From a virus: DNA of 38,572 nt. A program made the position numbers and the translations under genes. This document shows, piece by piece, positions 23,461 through 32,531 of this stretch. The stretch's first letter is position 1; the number at the start of each line of letters is the position of its first letter. Under the pieces are notes generated by a model that saw nothing but the letters and a program-made list of their open reading frames with translations, was not told where the DNA came from and did no database searches. The stretch lies in IMG/VR virus record IMGVR_UViG_3300028835_001054; one strand, written 5' to 3'.

Positions 23461-23548
23461 TCCGCACTATTGAGTACAGTAATATCCGCACTATCGGGTT
23501 AAATAGTCCGCACTATTGAGTACAGTGATCCGCACTATTGAGTTAAGT
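23461..23548 (+). repeat. Four direct iteron-like repeats upstream of the rep gene
   Basis: TCCGCACTATTGAGTACAGT (23461), TCCGCACTATCGGGTTAAAT (23485), TCCGCACTATTGAGTACAGT (23507), TCCGCACTATTGAGTTAAGT (23529). Spacing 24/22/22 bp. Confidence 0.8.
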
Positions 23549-23571
23549 TTTTGGAGGCAAAGTCAATAATC

Positions 23572-24729
23572 ATGCGCTTTTATAGACCCAGAGACTTCTT
23601 TATTACTCTTTTAAAACGATTTAAAAGGGCGCCTGTGCAATTAGAGCTTGATCCGGACTCTCCCGAATCTTCTTCTCTCAAGGCTTCGAAGAGAGCAAAA
23701 TTTGCTTCTCTCAAGGCATCGAAGAGAGCAAAATCCACCCCACCGAAAGAAGTCAAGGAAGCAAAAGAGAAAAAGCCAAAGCCCTCCCCGGAGATAGTGA
23801 GAAGCGAACTCAACCTGGAAAAGAACGCGGTCTTTGCAGTCTCCACTTACAGGGAAAGGTCCAGGGAGGTCATCAGAACCTATGAGACGGATTCGGGATC
23901 CATGGAGCGCAGAGTCGTTGTAGGCAGAGCGACGGACGGCTCCGAAGTCGGTATCCTCACCACGACTCATTTCAAGCTGTATCTTGCCCTCCTGGAACTC
24001 TGGGAGAAAGCAGGGAAGCCAGTTAGCCAGCCTGTCCATTTCACCGTCCTCAAGTTGATAAAACGTCTCAAATTGGTGGATTCAGGGAATAATTATAAGA
24101 ACATGCTGAAATCAATGGAAGGACTGAGAAGCATACCGATACGATTCATTGATAGCTTCCAGACCAAAGATGGAGAATTCCGGTCAACAGGGCATTTGAG
24201 CGTCCTATCGTACCTGGATATATACGAGAGAAAGAGAAGGACGAAAGGCGGAGATAAGGTCTATGGATACGGGGAATTCCAGTTTGACAGGCACATTCTT
24301 ATGTCGCTTGTGGAAAATTTCACGCACCCTCTTCGATTAGATGTGATCACCAGTTTCAGAAAACATCGGGAACTAGCTATACTCCTCTACACATATCTTG
24401 ATCGCCAATTAGCCTTCAGAAGAAAGTTTGAGATTACGCTGAAAAAGCTCTACACGCAACTTGATCTGTCTCAGGCATACATTACCTATCCATCACAGAG
24501 GAAATCGAAAATAGAGCCCGTTCTGGAGCAACTGATAGGCAAAGAACTATCTACAGGGAAGTTATCATACTGCGAAACCGAGAAGACGAAGGACGGGAGG
24601 GATTATAAATTGGTTTGCAGAAAGACCGGCGTTACGCAAATCCCCGCGCCGGAGCCTGTCAAATTAGATTGGAGCCTGGCCCTGGACAAACTGTTATCTC
24701 AGATGGAGCAAATGAAAGACAACCGATGA
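23572..24729 (+). CDS. Replication initiator, RepA-like winged-helix protein (385 aa)
   Basis: Iterons lie immediately upstream. The central region (GILTTTHFKLYLALLELWEKAG...FTVLKLIKRLKL..GNNYKNMLKSMEGLRSIPIRF...HRELAILLYTYLDRQL) resembles plasmid/phage replication initiator protein A-type sequences. ATG 23572 follows GGAGG; the track TTG 23551 is less likely. Confidence 0.55.
   Translation: MRFYRPRDFFITLLKRFKRAPVQLELDPDSPESSSLKASKRAKFASLKASKRAKSTPPKEVKEAKEKKPKPSPEIVRSELNLEKNAVFAVSTYRERSREVIRTYETDSGSMERRVVVGRATDGSEVGILTTTHFKLYLALLELWEKAGKPVSQPVHFTVLKLIKRLKLVDSGNNYKNMLKSMEGLRSIPIRFIDSFQTKDGEFRSTGHLSVLSYLDIYERKRRTKGGDKVYGYGEFQFDRHILMSLVENFTHPLRLDVITSFRKHRELAILLYTYLDRQLAFRRKFEITLKKLYTQLDLSQAYITYPSQRKSKIEPVLEQLIGKELSTGKLSYCETEKTKDGRDYKLVCRKTGVTQIPAPEPVKLDWSLALDKLLSQMEQMKDNR
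23668..23733 (+). repeat. Two abutting copies of the palindromic element in frame inside rep
   Basis: TCTTCTTCTCTCAAGGCTTCGAAGAGAGCAAAA plus TTTGCTTCTCTCAAGGCATCGAAGAGAGCAAAA, read as SSSLKASKRAK FASLKASKRAK. Unit boundaries coincide with codon boundaries. Confidence 0.9.
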
Positions 24730-25082
24730 AGGAATGGATAACTGTCAAGGAAGCCGCGAAACTTCGGAAATGCACGGAAAGAAACATTCTGCAACTGATA
24801 AAGAAAAATGAGCTTGAGGCCAGAAAGGAAGGGCATCGCTGGCTGATACGGAAAGATTCAATAGAAAAGATTTCCGAAAAATCTCCGAATAATTCCGAAC
24901 TCATTTCCGTACTTAAAGCAGAACTCCAGGAGAGGAATGATCAGATAAAACAGTTGCAGGAAGAATTAAGCAAGGTCCGAGAAAGATCCGATACGATTAT
25001 TCTTAGACTTACAGAACACAATCAGCAATTATTGGAAGATAAGCGCCCCTGGTATCACAAGCTATTCAAGCGGCATCAATAA
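24726..25082 (+). CDS. HTH (MerR/excisionase-like) DNA-binding protein with coiled-coil tail (118 aa)
   Basis: ATGA overlap with the rep stop. MKEWITVKEAAKLRKCTERNILQLIKKNELEARKEGHRWLI is a helix-turn-helix_17-type N-terminus. The C-terminus is paralogous to that of 21577..21951. Confidence 0.5.
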   Translation: MKEWITVKEAAKLRKCTERNILQLIKKNELEARKEGHRWLIRKDSIEKISEKSPNNSELISVLKAELQERNDQIKQLQEELSKVRERSDTIILRLTEHNQQLLEDKRPWYHKLFKRHQ

Positions 25083-25104
25083 CACCGCTGGCGGAACTTC
25101 CAGC

Positions 25105-25150
25105 GCTCCAGCGAGAGCCGCTACGGTATCAACGCTCGCGCCCCTGGAGC
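25105..25150 (+). other. Stem-loop just after the early-right operon
   Basis: GCTCCAG...CTGGAGC outer stem (7 bp), with an inner CGAGAGC/GCTCGCG imperfect stem. Confidence 0.3.
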
Positions 25151-25317
25151 AGTCAAGGATTTTCAGGTGTCAGAATTCTGCACGGAAGCTGCTTTCCGTG
25201 GCCACGGGATCCCTTCCAGGAAGTGGAATCCGCAAGCCAGTCATAGTGCGGGATCTTGATTTTACCTCAAAAGTGTCAGGATTCCGCACATAATATTCGA
25301 AAGGATTTCAGGAGGGA

Positions 25318-25370
25318 AGGCGGCTCCCGGTCTGTAAGATGAGGAGAGTTTTTTGTTTCAGGAGCCGCCT
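25318..25370 (+). terminator. GC-rich hairpin with T-run in the convergent intergenic region
   Basis: AGGCGGCTCC-33 nt-GGAGCCGCCT followed by GATTTTG. The loop is unusually large for an intrinsic terminator. Confidence 0.35.
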
Positions 25371-25371
25371 G

Positions 25372-25416
25372 ATTTTGCTCTCTTCGATGCCTTGAAGGTA
25401 GTACCTGAAGCAAAAT
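25372..25416 (-). repeat. Long (45-nt) variant of the palindromic element, 17 nt after the last late-operon stop codon
   Basis: Plus strand ATTTTGCTCTCTTCGATGCCTTGAAGGTAGTACCTGAAGCAAAAT, followed by a truncated arm TTTGCTCTGG (25415..25424). Confidence 0.9.
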
Positions 25417-25433
25417 TTGCTCTGGTTGTGACG

Positions 25434-26324
25434 TTACTGGAATAATCCTATAGCGATCAGATCGTTGATCATCGTGCCGACTATATCAGCCAATTCCGCG
25501 ACTGCTACAGTATTAGCATCGTAATCGCGATCTTCCAATTCATTCGCTACTGTGTACGTCTCAGGACTGTCGAAAAGGGTTACCGTATGAATCGCTCCGC
25601 CATCATTCATGACTATTTTGCAATTCCCTGAAGTGTCTTGCCATATCCGCATCCTATCATTAGCAGGATTCGCTACGGTGTCCTGCTCAAAACCGACGAA
25701 GCAATTAGTTCCGCCAGATAACACCAACTCGTCGCTCCCTGCTATGCCTACGGTGATCGTCCACGCTCCCACTCCATCTCCAACCTGGATATTATCCTCA
25801 AAAGTAACTTCCCCCGCTCCTGAATCGCGGATATTATCTGCTCTCAAATTGGGCACATCCAGATAAAGCCCCGCATCAAAAGCCATGTGGATTCCGACAG
25901 TGATCAGCGCAGCTCCTGAATGATCCAGATTGTCAGTATATATAGTCCCTGTCACATCAAGATCGCCATCCACATTAAGAGTGGTATTCATAGCGATAGC
26001 TGCAGCGCCGGAATCGTCTATCGTATCTACCGTCAGAGATCCTACAACATCCAGCGCACCACCAACGCTAAGAGCGCCTGTTATTTGTACCCCATCATCC
26101 AGGATGATATCTCCGCCGGAAAAATAGATCTCCAGATTGCCGCCCCACTTTATCCCCTTGTCAACGACAATATCAAAATTGCCGTCAGAAACGTTATTAA
26201 CGAGATCCCCTAGTCCTTCACCGATAGCATTGATATTATCTACCAGTGTATTCAGAAAAGCAGGATTGACCTGTGTGCTGGTCGTTACTGCCGGCAAACT
26301 TGGATCGTCTGGAAATGTACCCAT
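25434..26324 (-). CDS. Tail fibre / receptor-binding-type protein (296 aa)
   Basis: Last gene of the tail module. ATG 26324 is preceded by GGAAGGAGAG. Internal periodic D-x-SGA repeats (DDSGAAAI, DHSGAALI, RDSGAGEV) suggest a beta-helical fibre. Confidence 0.45.
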   Translation of the reverse strand: MGTFPDDPSLPAVTTSTQVNPAFLNTLVDNINAIGEGLGDLVNNVSDGNFDIVVDKGIKWGGNLEIYFSGGDIILDDGVQITGALSVGGALDVVGSLTVDTIDDSGAAAIAMNTTLNVDGDLDVTGTIYTDNLDHSGAALITVGIHMAFDAGLYLDVPNLRADNIRDSGAGEVTFEDNIQVGDGVGAWTITVGIAGSDELVLSGGTNCFVGFEQDTVANPANDRMRIWQDTSGNCKIVMNDGGAIHTVTLFDSPETYTVANELEDRDYDANTVAVAELADIVGTMINDLIAIGLFQ

Positions 26325-26325
26325 T

Positions 26326-27399
26326 TTAGAATCGCTCTCCTTCCGATAATAGAATATAAGTCCCCGAATAACTGGTAACGCTAAACCGCTCATGTACGCC
26401 TATGATAATGAAATACCCTGCGATGCCAGTCTCCTCACTCCTGATAAAGATTCTATATGCGATTCCCAGAAGCGGACACGCTGGCATCTTCAGAAGATAG
26501 ATCTCTCTTTGATAAGGGAAATAATCCAGCGTCTGATCGATTATCTGACCCGCATTCGTCCACGTCCCTATAAGCTCGTCAGTCTCCTGATCTCCATGCG
26601 CTCCGTATTTACGCTTCGATACCGAATCCGTCCTGGACCGCGTATGCTGGCCAGCGTAGACACCATCGCCGGCAGTGAACTCCGGCCGAATGCAATGGAC
26701 GAAATCTATTGCCTTATAATTGATCAATTCCGCTACTTGCTTATGGATTAGATACTCGATATCCGAATCGGTGAATACATACCCTGTATCAGTGAAAGTC
26801 GTTCTTCTGGTAAGATTCAGCCTTCCTTCTGGATCGAAACGCTGGATATATCCTATGCAGAGAGCGGCGCCATGGATCATAGCCCAGTAATTTCTGAGCT
26901 CAAGAAAGGTATCCCCGAATTCTTTAGTAGTTGGAGGTCCTGTTTCATTCTCGTAGATGACTTCACCGATCCGTGCCAGGCTTGCCAGTTGGTCTACCAG
27001 CTTAACGGGCGTCTCATAGGATGAATAATCACCGCTAGTCCTCGATTTGCGGAGCTTATATCCCTCTTCAGCTAGTGTCAGAGTGATATTCTGATCCGTA
27101 TCCATAGTCACATCGCGAATGATTCCTGAAAACCGCGCGACGTTATTCCCATCAAAGCCGGCAAACAGCTTGATCTTCGCTCCGCGCCGGAACACTGGTC
27201 GGCCAGCTTCGATATATTTCCCCGCCTCATCAGCTATCGTGAGCGTCCCTGTCCCATAATTCGGCTCGTGAAGAGAGTCTTCAGCCCTGCGAGAATACGT
27301 TGCTACCATACTATCGCTGGTTATATCCCCATGATAAGCTGCGAAAACGGAAAAGGTGGGATGTCTGACTCTTTCTCTGGATTTTGCCAAGAGCGACAT
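26326..27399 (-). CDS. Tail tip/baseplate hub-like protein (Tal position, 357 aa)
   Basis: Second gene after the tape measure. The size fits a gp27-like Tal N-terminal module. The call is positional only. Confidence 0.4.
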   Translation of the reverse strand: MSLLAKSRERVRHPTFSVFAAYHGDITSDSMVATYSRRAEDSLHEPNYGTGTLTIADEAGKYIEAGRPVFRRGAKIKLFAGFDGNNVARFSGIIRDVTMDTDQNITLTLAEEGYKLRKSRTSGDYSSYETPVKLVDQLASLARIGEVIYENETGPPTTKEFGDTFLELRNYWAMIHGAALCIGYIQRFDPEGRLNLTRRTTFTDTGYVFTDSDIEYLIHKQVAELINYKAIDFVHCIRPEFTAGDGVYAGQHTRSRTDSVSKRKYGAHGDQETDELIGTWTNAGQIIDQTLDYFPYQREIYLLKMPACPLLGIAYRIFIRSEETGIAGYFIIIGVHERFSVTSYSGTYILLSEGERF

Positions 27400-27411
27400 A
27401 TAGGACTCCCC

Positions 27412-29649
27412 CTATTCAAGTGCGATTTGACCCCTCAACTTCAGCGAAGCAGACCTTGTTGGGGTCGCGGCATTTGCCTCCCCGGTATGATGCCTGCGCT
27501 CTGAAAATGATAAACTGGAAACTCTATAATACTGATCGTATTCCACCTCGACTACATCTCCATTAGCGAAGCTAGATACTTCCCGGCCGCAGTTCGCAAA
27601 TGTCTCATTCCCGCCATCGAATGGGATCAGATCCCGCCCGGCATCTCCCTGCGTATTATCCATAGCTGTCGCGGCTCCCGGTTCATCCAGGTGCCACTGA
27701 GCGATTATATTCCCCGCTCCTGATAGATCCTCGGCGGGCTCGTTATAAGACGCTAATATCTCGCCCGCTGTCCGCATATCATTGAAAAGCGCAAGGTGAG
27801 CGATAGAGCCATCGAAGAAGGTTGCACCTTCATGCTGGCCAACCGTAAAATCGGGATCTTTGTCAGCGATACTGTTTTTGAAGCCAGTCGCCTGAGAGAC
27901 AAATGCACCATTTTTGTAAAAATCAACAGTCCCTTCAGAGGCGTCATAGACAGCACAAATAAACGCCCATTCATCAACTACTAAATTCAGGCCGGAGGAC
28001 TGTCCACTCGTGTTACCCCCCATCATTCCGTCATCGTTGATATACACAATCAATTCATCATCGTCTCGCCGAAAAAGATACATGCGCTTATCACCAGCGC
28101 CCAACCACTTACCGACGATTGTTTTGATGATGCCAGAAACACTATCAGGCTTTATCCATACCTGGATAGTCAAATCATTCGCCCCGGTGATCCCCGACTC
28201 AGGAAAGTCAGCATCGCTGCGATAGAAATACTGACTATTACCATCCAGATGTGCGGAGACTTTATCAGCAATAATCGAATCACCCTCATCTCCGATCCTG
28301 TAATCCAGTTTATGGCGCAATATGTAATCATCTGTCAGATTTTCTATACGAATAGCCGCGCCCGCATCATCTAAAACCGCCCGATTCTTTAACGGGACTG
28401 TGGTACTCAGAGATTTGTTCACCGTAACCTCAACGTAATAGCTGTCCAGATCGAGAGCAGTTCCTGCTCCCTTTGTCCCATTCGTCTGAACCAGAACGCG
28501 CACAAAGCCAGTAGCTGTATCGACAAACATCTGCGCGTGCTCTGGCTTCATGAGCGATAGAGAGACAGTCTCTTTGGTGGAGACGCGTGTCGCTCCTATC
28601 TCTACCCAGTTGCCAGCGGTCACATTCCATAGATAGACCGTTACGCCATCCTGGTTCGATGCTGAAGCATCATTCGCAGCGCCTTTATAAGTCACCTCAA
28701 AACTCTGAATATCTGCAGCGGATGCATATTCGCCAGAGATTTTAGGAGTAAACTTATGATACTGATAATGCCCCGTCACGGATGCGGAATCCCTGACGTA
28801 GTTTTCATCGTCATCATCCAGAATATTGTAATCGGCGGTAGTGAATTCTGTTGTCGAGAAATCCCCTGCAGCCGAAGGCTCGGAGGCGCTCTTTGAATCA
28901 TAAGCGCAGTGCGTTCCTGATGGATTGGAGATCCCCGTGAAATTATATTGAGTCTCCAGATAAGCTGTCATCCGCTCAATCGCTGAAGGGACAGCCTGAT
29001 CGTTAAAATAAGTTTCCCACCGGCTCCTGTGAAAATCCAGCATCCGATCAAAGCCATCGTAACTCAATCGCGGAAAGATCATATCGGCCTCTGCTGTAAC
29101 CATAAACACGTCAGATCGAAGGGTTCCATCGAGCGTCCACTTCGAGGAGCTCGCCTTTGGATAGTTATAAGACAGCGATTCAGGATCCACTTCGAGAACG
29201 TTTCCATGAAATTTCAGATCGTCAATATAGAATGCCAGGCCCGAACCTGTACCCGCTCTCAGGTAAATTATTATCTCAATGCAGCCCGCGGGAGAATCAA
29301 CCTCTTCGTAATGATATGACCAATCAGTTTCAATAAGCGTCCCTGTGGAGATGTTCGCAAGATTGGAATTGTCATATATGACATAATCGATCTCCTGGCC
29401 AGCAGCGCACTTATAAGCCATACTAAACGCGTGTTTAGTACTTTCCCGAATGCCGGATATTGTGTAACGAACACCTTTCGTATCAGTATCGGACACGACT
29501 TTCAATATAGAATCACGATCTGCGTCTGTCGTGTCTATAGTCTTCGTGATGGCTGCTCCCGTTTGAGCGACCCATTGCAGCGCTTCCCAGGCCGCCTCAA
29601 AAGGGAAAGTCGTATCTTCTGGATTGGGAAGGAATAATCTCACTGTCAT
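27412..29649 (-). CDS. Distal-tail (Dit position) protein with CBM-like N-terminal and LamG C-terminal modules (745 aa)
   Basis: ATGA overlap with the tape-measure stop. The C-terminal third LDGNSQYFYRSD...LTIQVWIKPD...VDEWAFICAVYDASEGTVDFYKNG...FFDGSIAHLALFNDMRTAGEI has the LamG strand pattern. Confidence 0.5.
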   Translation of the reverse strand: MTVRLFLPNPEDTTFPFEAAWEALQWVAQTGAAITKTIDTTDADRDSILKVVSDTDTKGVRYTISGIRESTKHAFSMAYKCAAGQEIDYVIYDNSNLANISTGTLIETDWSYHYEEVDSPAGCIEIIIYLRAGTGSGLAFYIDDLKFHGNVLEVDPESLSYNYPKASSSKWTLDGTLRSDVFMVTAEADMIFPRLSYDGFDRMLDFHRSRWETYFNDQAVPSAIERMTAYLETQYNFTGISNPSGTHCAYDSKSASEPSAAGDFSTTEFTTADYNILDDDDENYVRDSASVTGHYQYHKFTPKISGEYASAADIQSFEVTYKGAANDASASNQDGVTVYLWNVTAGNWVEIGATRVSTKETVSLSLMKPEHAQMFVDTATGFVRVLVQTNGTKGAGTALDLDSYYVEVTVNKSLSTTVPLKNRAVLDDAGAAIRIENLTDDYILRHKLDYRIGDEGDSIIADKVSAHLDGNSQYFYRSDADFPESGITGANDLTIQVWIKPDSVSGIIKTIVGKWLGAGDKRMYLFRRDDDELIVYINDDGMMGGNTSGQSSGLNLVVDEWAFICAVYDASEGTVDFYKNGAFVSQATGFKNSIADKDPDFTVGQHEGATFFDGSIAHLALFNDMRTAGEILASYNEPAEDLSGAGNIIAQWHLDEPGAATAMDNTQGDAGRDLIPFDGGNETFANCGREVSSFANGDVVEVEYDQYYRVSSLSFSERRHHTGEANAATPTRSASLKLRGQIALE

Positions 29650-32531
29650 TCTTGATACCCTTGCTCTCTAATCCGTCTGCCAATATCTTCAGCAAACTCA
29701 TTTGCCCAGGCTTCGTCGCCGCCATAGACGTTTTGTATATTGATATTGATCGTCTGACCACCACCACCGCCTGAATAGGAAGGCTCTGCTATAGGTCCTG
29801 GCGCTGCTGGTGATGGCTGGGAAGGGCTTGTTTCCTCTGGAAAGAATACCTGCTGAGCTAACCCGTAATTAAGCCGCTGTCGGTATTCAGGATCCATTCC
29901 CTCGTATATGGATCGGCCTCGTAGTAATCCGCTCATAGCACCACCGAAAAGCTCCTCATGCGATCTTACTTTCTCATCATAGCTTACGTAGTAATCATCC
30001 AATTCCTTTATTCTGGCCTTGCCAAGTTCCTTATCTATCGCCTTGATCTGAGTAGCGCGCCACTTCTCAAGCTCTACAGTATCAAAAGCGAATTTCTGGT
30101 AGTAGGGATAATAATCATCATATACTCGCTGGATTAACTCCATGGCCCCTTGATATGCTTCTCCAAGCTCGATCTTGGTCTTTTTCGTGAAAGCGGATTG
30201 CAGATCAAGCTCCGATTTCACATTCGCAGTTGCAGAACTCAGAAACTTTGCCTGTAGCTTTTCGCGTTCGCCTGCTAATCTTTGATCTTCCTGGAAAGAG
30301 AGGTTTTTCAATTCCAATTGGCGCTCGTCATCTTCTTGAGCCATCAGAAATTCGCGTTCAAATATATTATCTGTTGAGCGCTCTAAGGATTCCCTTGCCG
30401 CAAGCTCCTCAGCATACTGGTCTTTCCTGATCCGTATCTCTTTCTGAGAGCGGATCGCCGCCGCCTGAACAGACCAGTCGAAATGTTCCTGAATCAGACC
30501 GCTCTCCTTTTTCAGAGTTTCATCAGAAGTCGATAAACCCTTTAGATAATTTTGCACTTTTCTATCAAAATAATCCCTGTCAATAACCTCGCGCTTATCG
30601 ATCTCCCAAGCATGTTTCTGCGTTTCCTTGATTTCCAAGAATCCAGCCTCAGAAAAATGTTTTGCCTTTAATCCTATGATAGTATTTGTAACACCGCGCT
30701 CTGCCTCAACAGTTTTTAAGCCGCCAGCCTTTACTTCCTCATAATAAGCAATCGCCTGGAGTATATTCTGCCCGTAGCCTTCCCCTGTGATGTCTGTATA
30801 ATCCTTAAAAGCTTTCGTTATATTATCCCATCCGCTTTCGCCTTCTTGCAATGTCTTGGTAAAATCTTTGACAGCTTTTTCAATAGTTTCTGTTGACTCA
30901 GTTGCCTCGTCCTCTGCTTTGCTCAGACCAGTAACTTTCTCTATAGTATACCCAGTCTGCTTTGCAAGCATCTCCATCAGTCTCGTAACAGTGATATTCT
31001 CATCTATGGTCACACCCAGCTTCTTACTCAGTTTATCAAGGTTAATTCCGAAGTCGCCTATAGCTAACCCCGTCGTATAAAACCCTTGTTTCTCAAGTTC
31101 TACTAGACGGTTTTTTAGCATATGGAAAGCCTCGGCCTGCTCGCCACTCGCTTTGATCCATCCTTCGGCATCCTCTTCGGCGCTTATAGTTCCATCACGC
31201 CATTTCTTATAAGCATTGTAAGATTCATTCGCAGCCCAGGAAACCGCTAACAGCGCAGCTCCTATCGCTGCTATTTGCGGCACGGAGGTTGCACTGACCA
31301 TCTGCCATCCTTTGGCTATCTTTGGCAGTTGAGTCAGCATCAGTCCCGCCCCGCCTGTAACTAAAGCCAAAGCCCCTGCGCTTGCCGCTCCCCAGGCGAC
31401 CATCTTCTTATCAGTCTCGCCCAGTTTATTAAACCATCCGACCGAAGAAGTTATATCCCTAGTGACTTTTCGTATGGCTGGCGATAAGGATTCACCAAGC
31501 GAAATGGCCGCTCCTTCGGTGGCTGATTTCAATAGCGTCAAATCCCCGCTCAAGCTATCCAACTGTACGTCGCGCATCTTCTGGGCCGCCCCCGCAGAAG
31601 AACGAAGGCTCTTCTCAAACTCAATGAGCTTCGCGGACCCCTGAGATACCAGCTTAGACATTGCATCATTTTCTTTGCCAAAGATTTTGATGCTATCAGT
31701 AGTATCGAAATTCGCCTGTTCCAGCTTTCTAACGATCTCCGCCAGAGTGTTCGTCGTAGGGCTTACATCCTCTAAAGTCAAGCCCATCTCAGCAAGCGCC
31801 TTCGTGCCATCTGGCGTTACATCCAGCAAGGTCTTGATAGCGTTTCGTAATCCACTTGCGGCTGTCTCTGCGCGCCCACCGCGATCATATAGCAAAGACA
31901 GCGCAGCGACATTATCCTCTATGCTCCAGTTCATATCGCTAAAAGCCGACGCGGTGATAGGAATGCTTGTGCTAAGTTTTGATAGAGTGGCTTGCGAGGC
32001 AGATATTGATTCTGCAAAGGTGTCAGCAACGCGTCGAGATTGATCGGCTTCTAATTGAAAGCCGCTCAATGTATTGACTACCGCCGAGGAGGTCTCGGCC
32101 AACTCGCTCTGGGTTGCGGCTGCTAAATCCAATACAGCGGAGGTTGTTTTCATTTGATCCGCTACACTTAGTCCAGCAGAAGCCAGATAATACATACCAT
32201 CGGCAGCTTCTTTTGCTGTGAAGGCAGTTGTCGATCCCATTTCAAGGGCAAAGTTTTTCAGAGTATCGAACTCCTCAGATGTCGCACTGCTGACAGCCGC
32301 TACGTTCTTCATTGATTTCTCAAAACCAGAAAACTTCCCGACAGCAAATGCTAGCGCCCCTGTTACAGCGGTTCCCATTCCTACCAGGGCGAGAGAAACC
32401 GGCTTGACATATTTCGGAACTTCCGTCCCAAGACTCTTGAAACCTTTCTTGGCGCTTTTTATGGACGTATTCAGGCCACCAACGTCCATTTCGATCGCGC
32501 TCCTGATCGTGCCCAGTTGAGAAATTTTCAT
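29646..32531 (-). CDS. Tail tape measure protein (961 aa)
   Basis: TP901-type core FSGFEKSMKNVAAVSSATSEEFDTLKNFALEMGSTTAFTAKEAADGMYYLASAGL, Gly/Ala TM-like segments and a long helical remainder. Preceded by the G/GT chaperone. Confidence 0.85.
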   Translation of the reverse strand: MKISQLGTIRSAIEMDVGGLNTSIKSAKKGFKSLGTEVPKYVKPVSLALVGMGTAVTGALAFAVGKFSGFEKSMKNVAAVSSATSEEFDTLKNFALEMGSTTAFTAKEAADGMYYLASAGLSVADQMKTTSAVLDLAAATQSELAETSSAVVNTLSGFQLEADQSRRVADTFAESISASQATLSKLSTSIPITASAFSDMNWSIEDNVAALSLLYDRGGRAETAASGLRNAIKTLLDVTPDGTKALAEMGLTLEDVSPTTNTLAEIVRKLEQANFDTTDSIKIFGKENDAMSKLVSQGSAKLIEFEKSLRSSAGAAQKMRDVQLDSLSGDLTLLKSATEGAAISLGESLSPAIRKVTRDITSSVGWFNKLGETDKKMVAWGAASAGALALVTGGAGLMLTQLPKIAKGWQMVSATSVPQIAAIGAALLAVSWAANESYNAYKKWRDGTISAEEDAEGWIKASGEQAEAFHMLKNRLVELEKQGFYTTGLAIGDFGINLDKLSKKLGVTIDENITVTRLMEMLAKQTGYTIEKVTGLSKAEDEATESTETIEKAVKDFTKTLQEGESGWDNITKAFKDYTDITGEGYGQNILQAIAYYEEVKAGGLKTVEAERGVTNTIIGLKAKHFSEAGFLEIKETQKHAWEIDKREVIDRDYFDRKVQNYLKGLSTSDETLKKESGLIQEHFDWSVQAAAIRSQKEIRIRKDQYAEELAARESLERSTDNIFEREFLMAQEDDERQLELKNLSFQEDQRLAGEREKLQAKFLSSATANVKSELDLQSAFTKKTKIELGEAYQGAMELIQRVYDDYYPYYQKFAFDTVELEKWRATQIKAIDKELGKARIKELDDYYVSYDEKVRSHEELFGGAMSGLLRGRSIYEGMDPEYRQRLNYGLAQQVFFPEETSPSQPSPAAPGPIAEPSYSGGGGGQTININIQNVYGGDEAWANEFAEDIGRRIREQGYQE

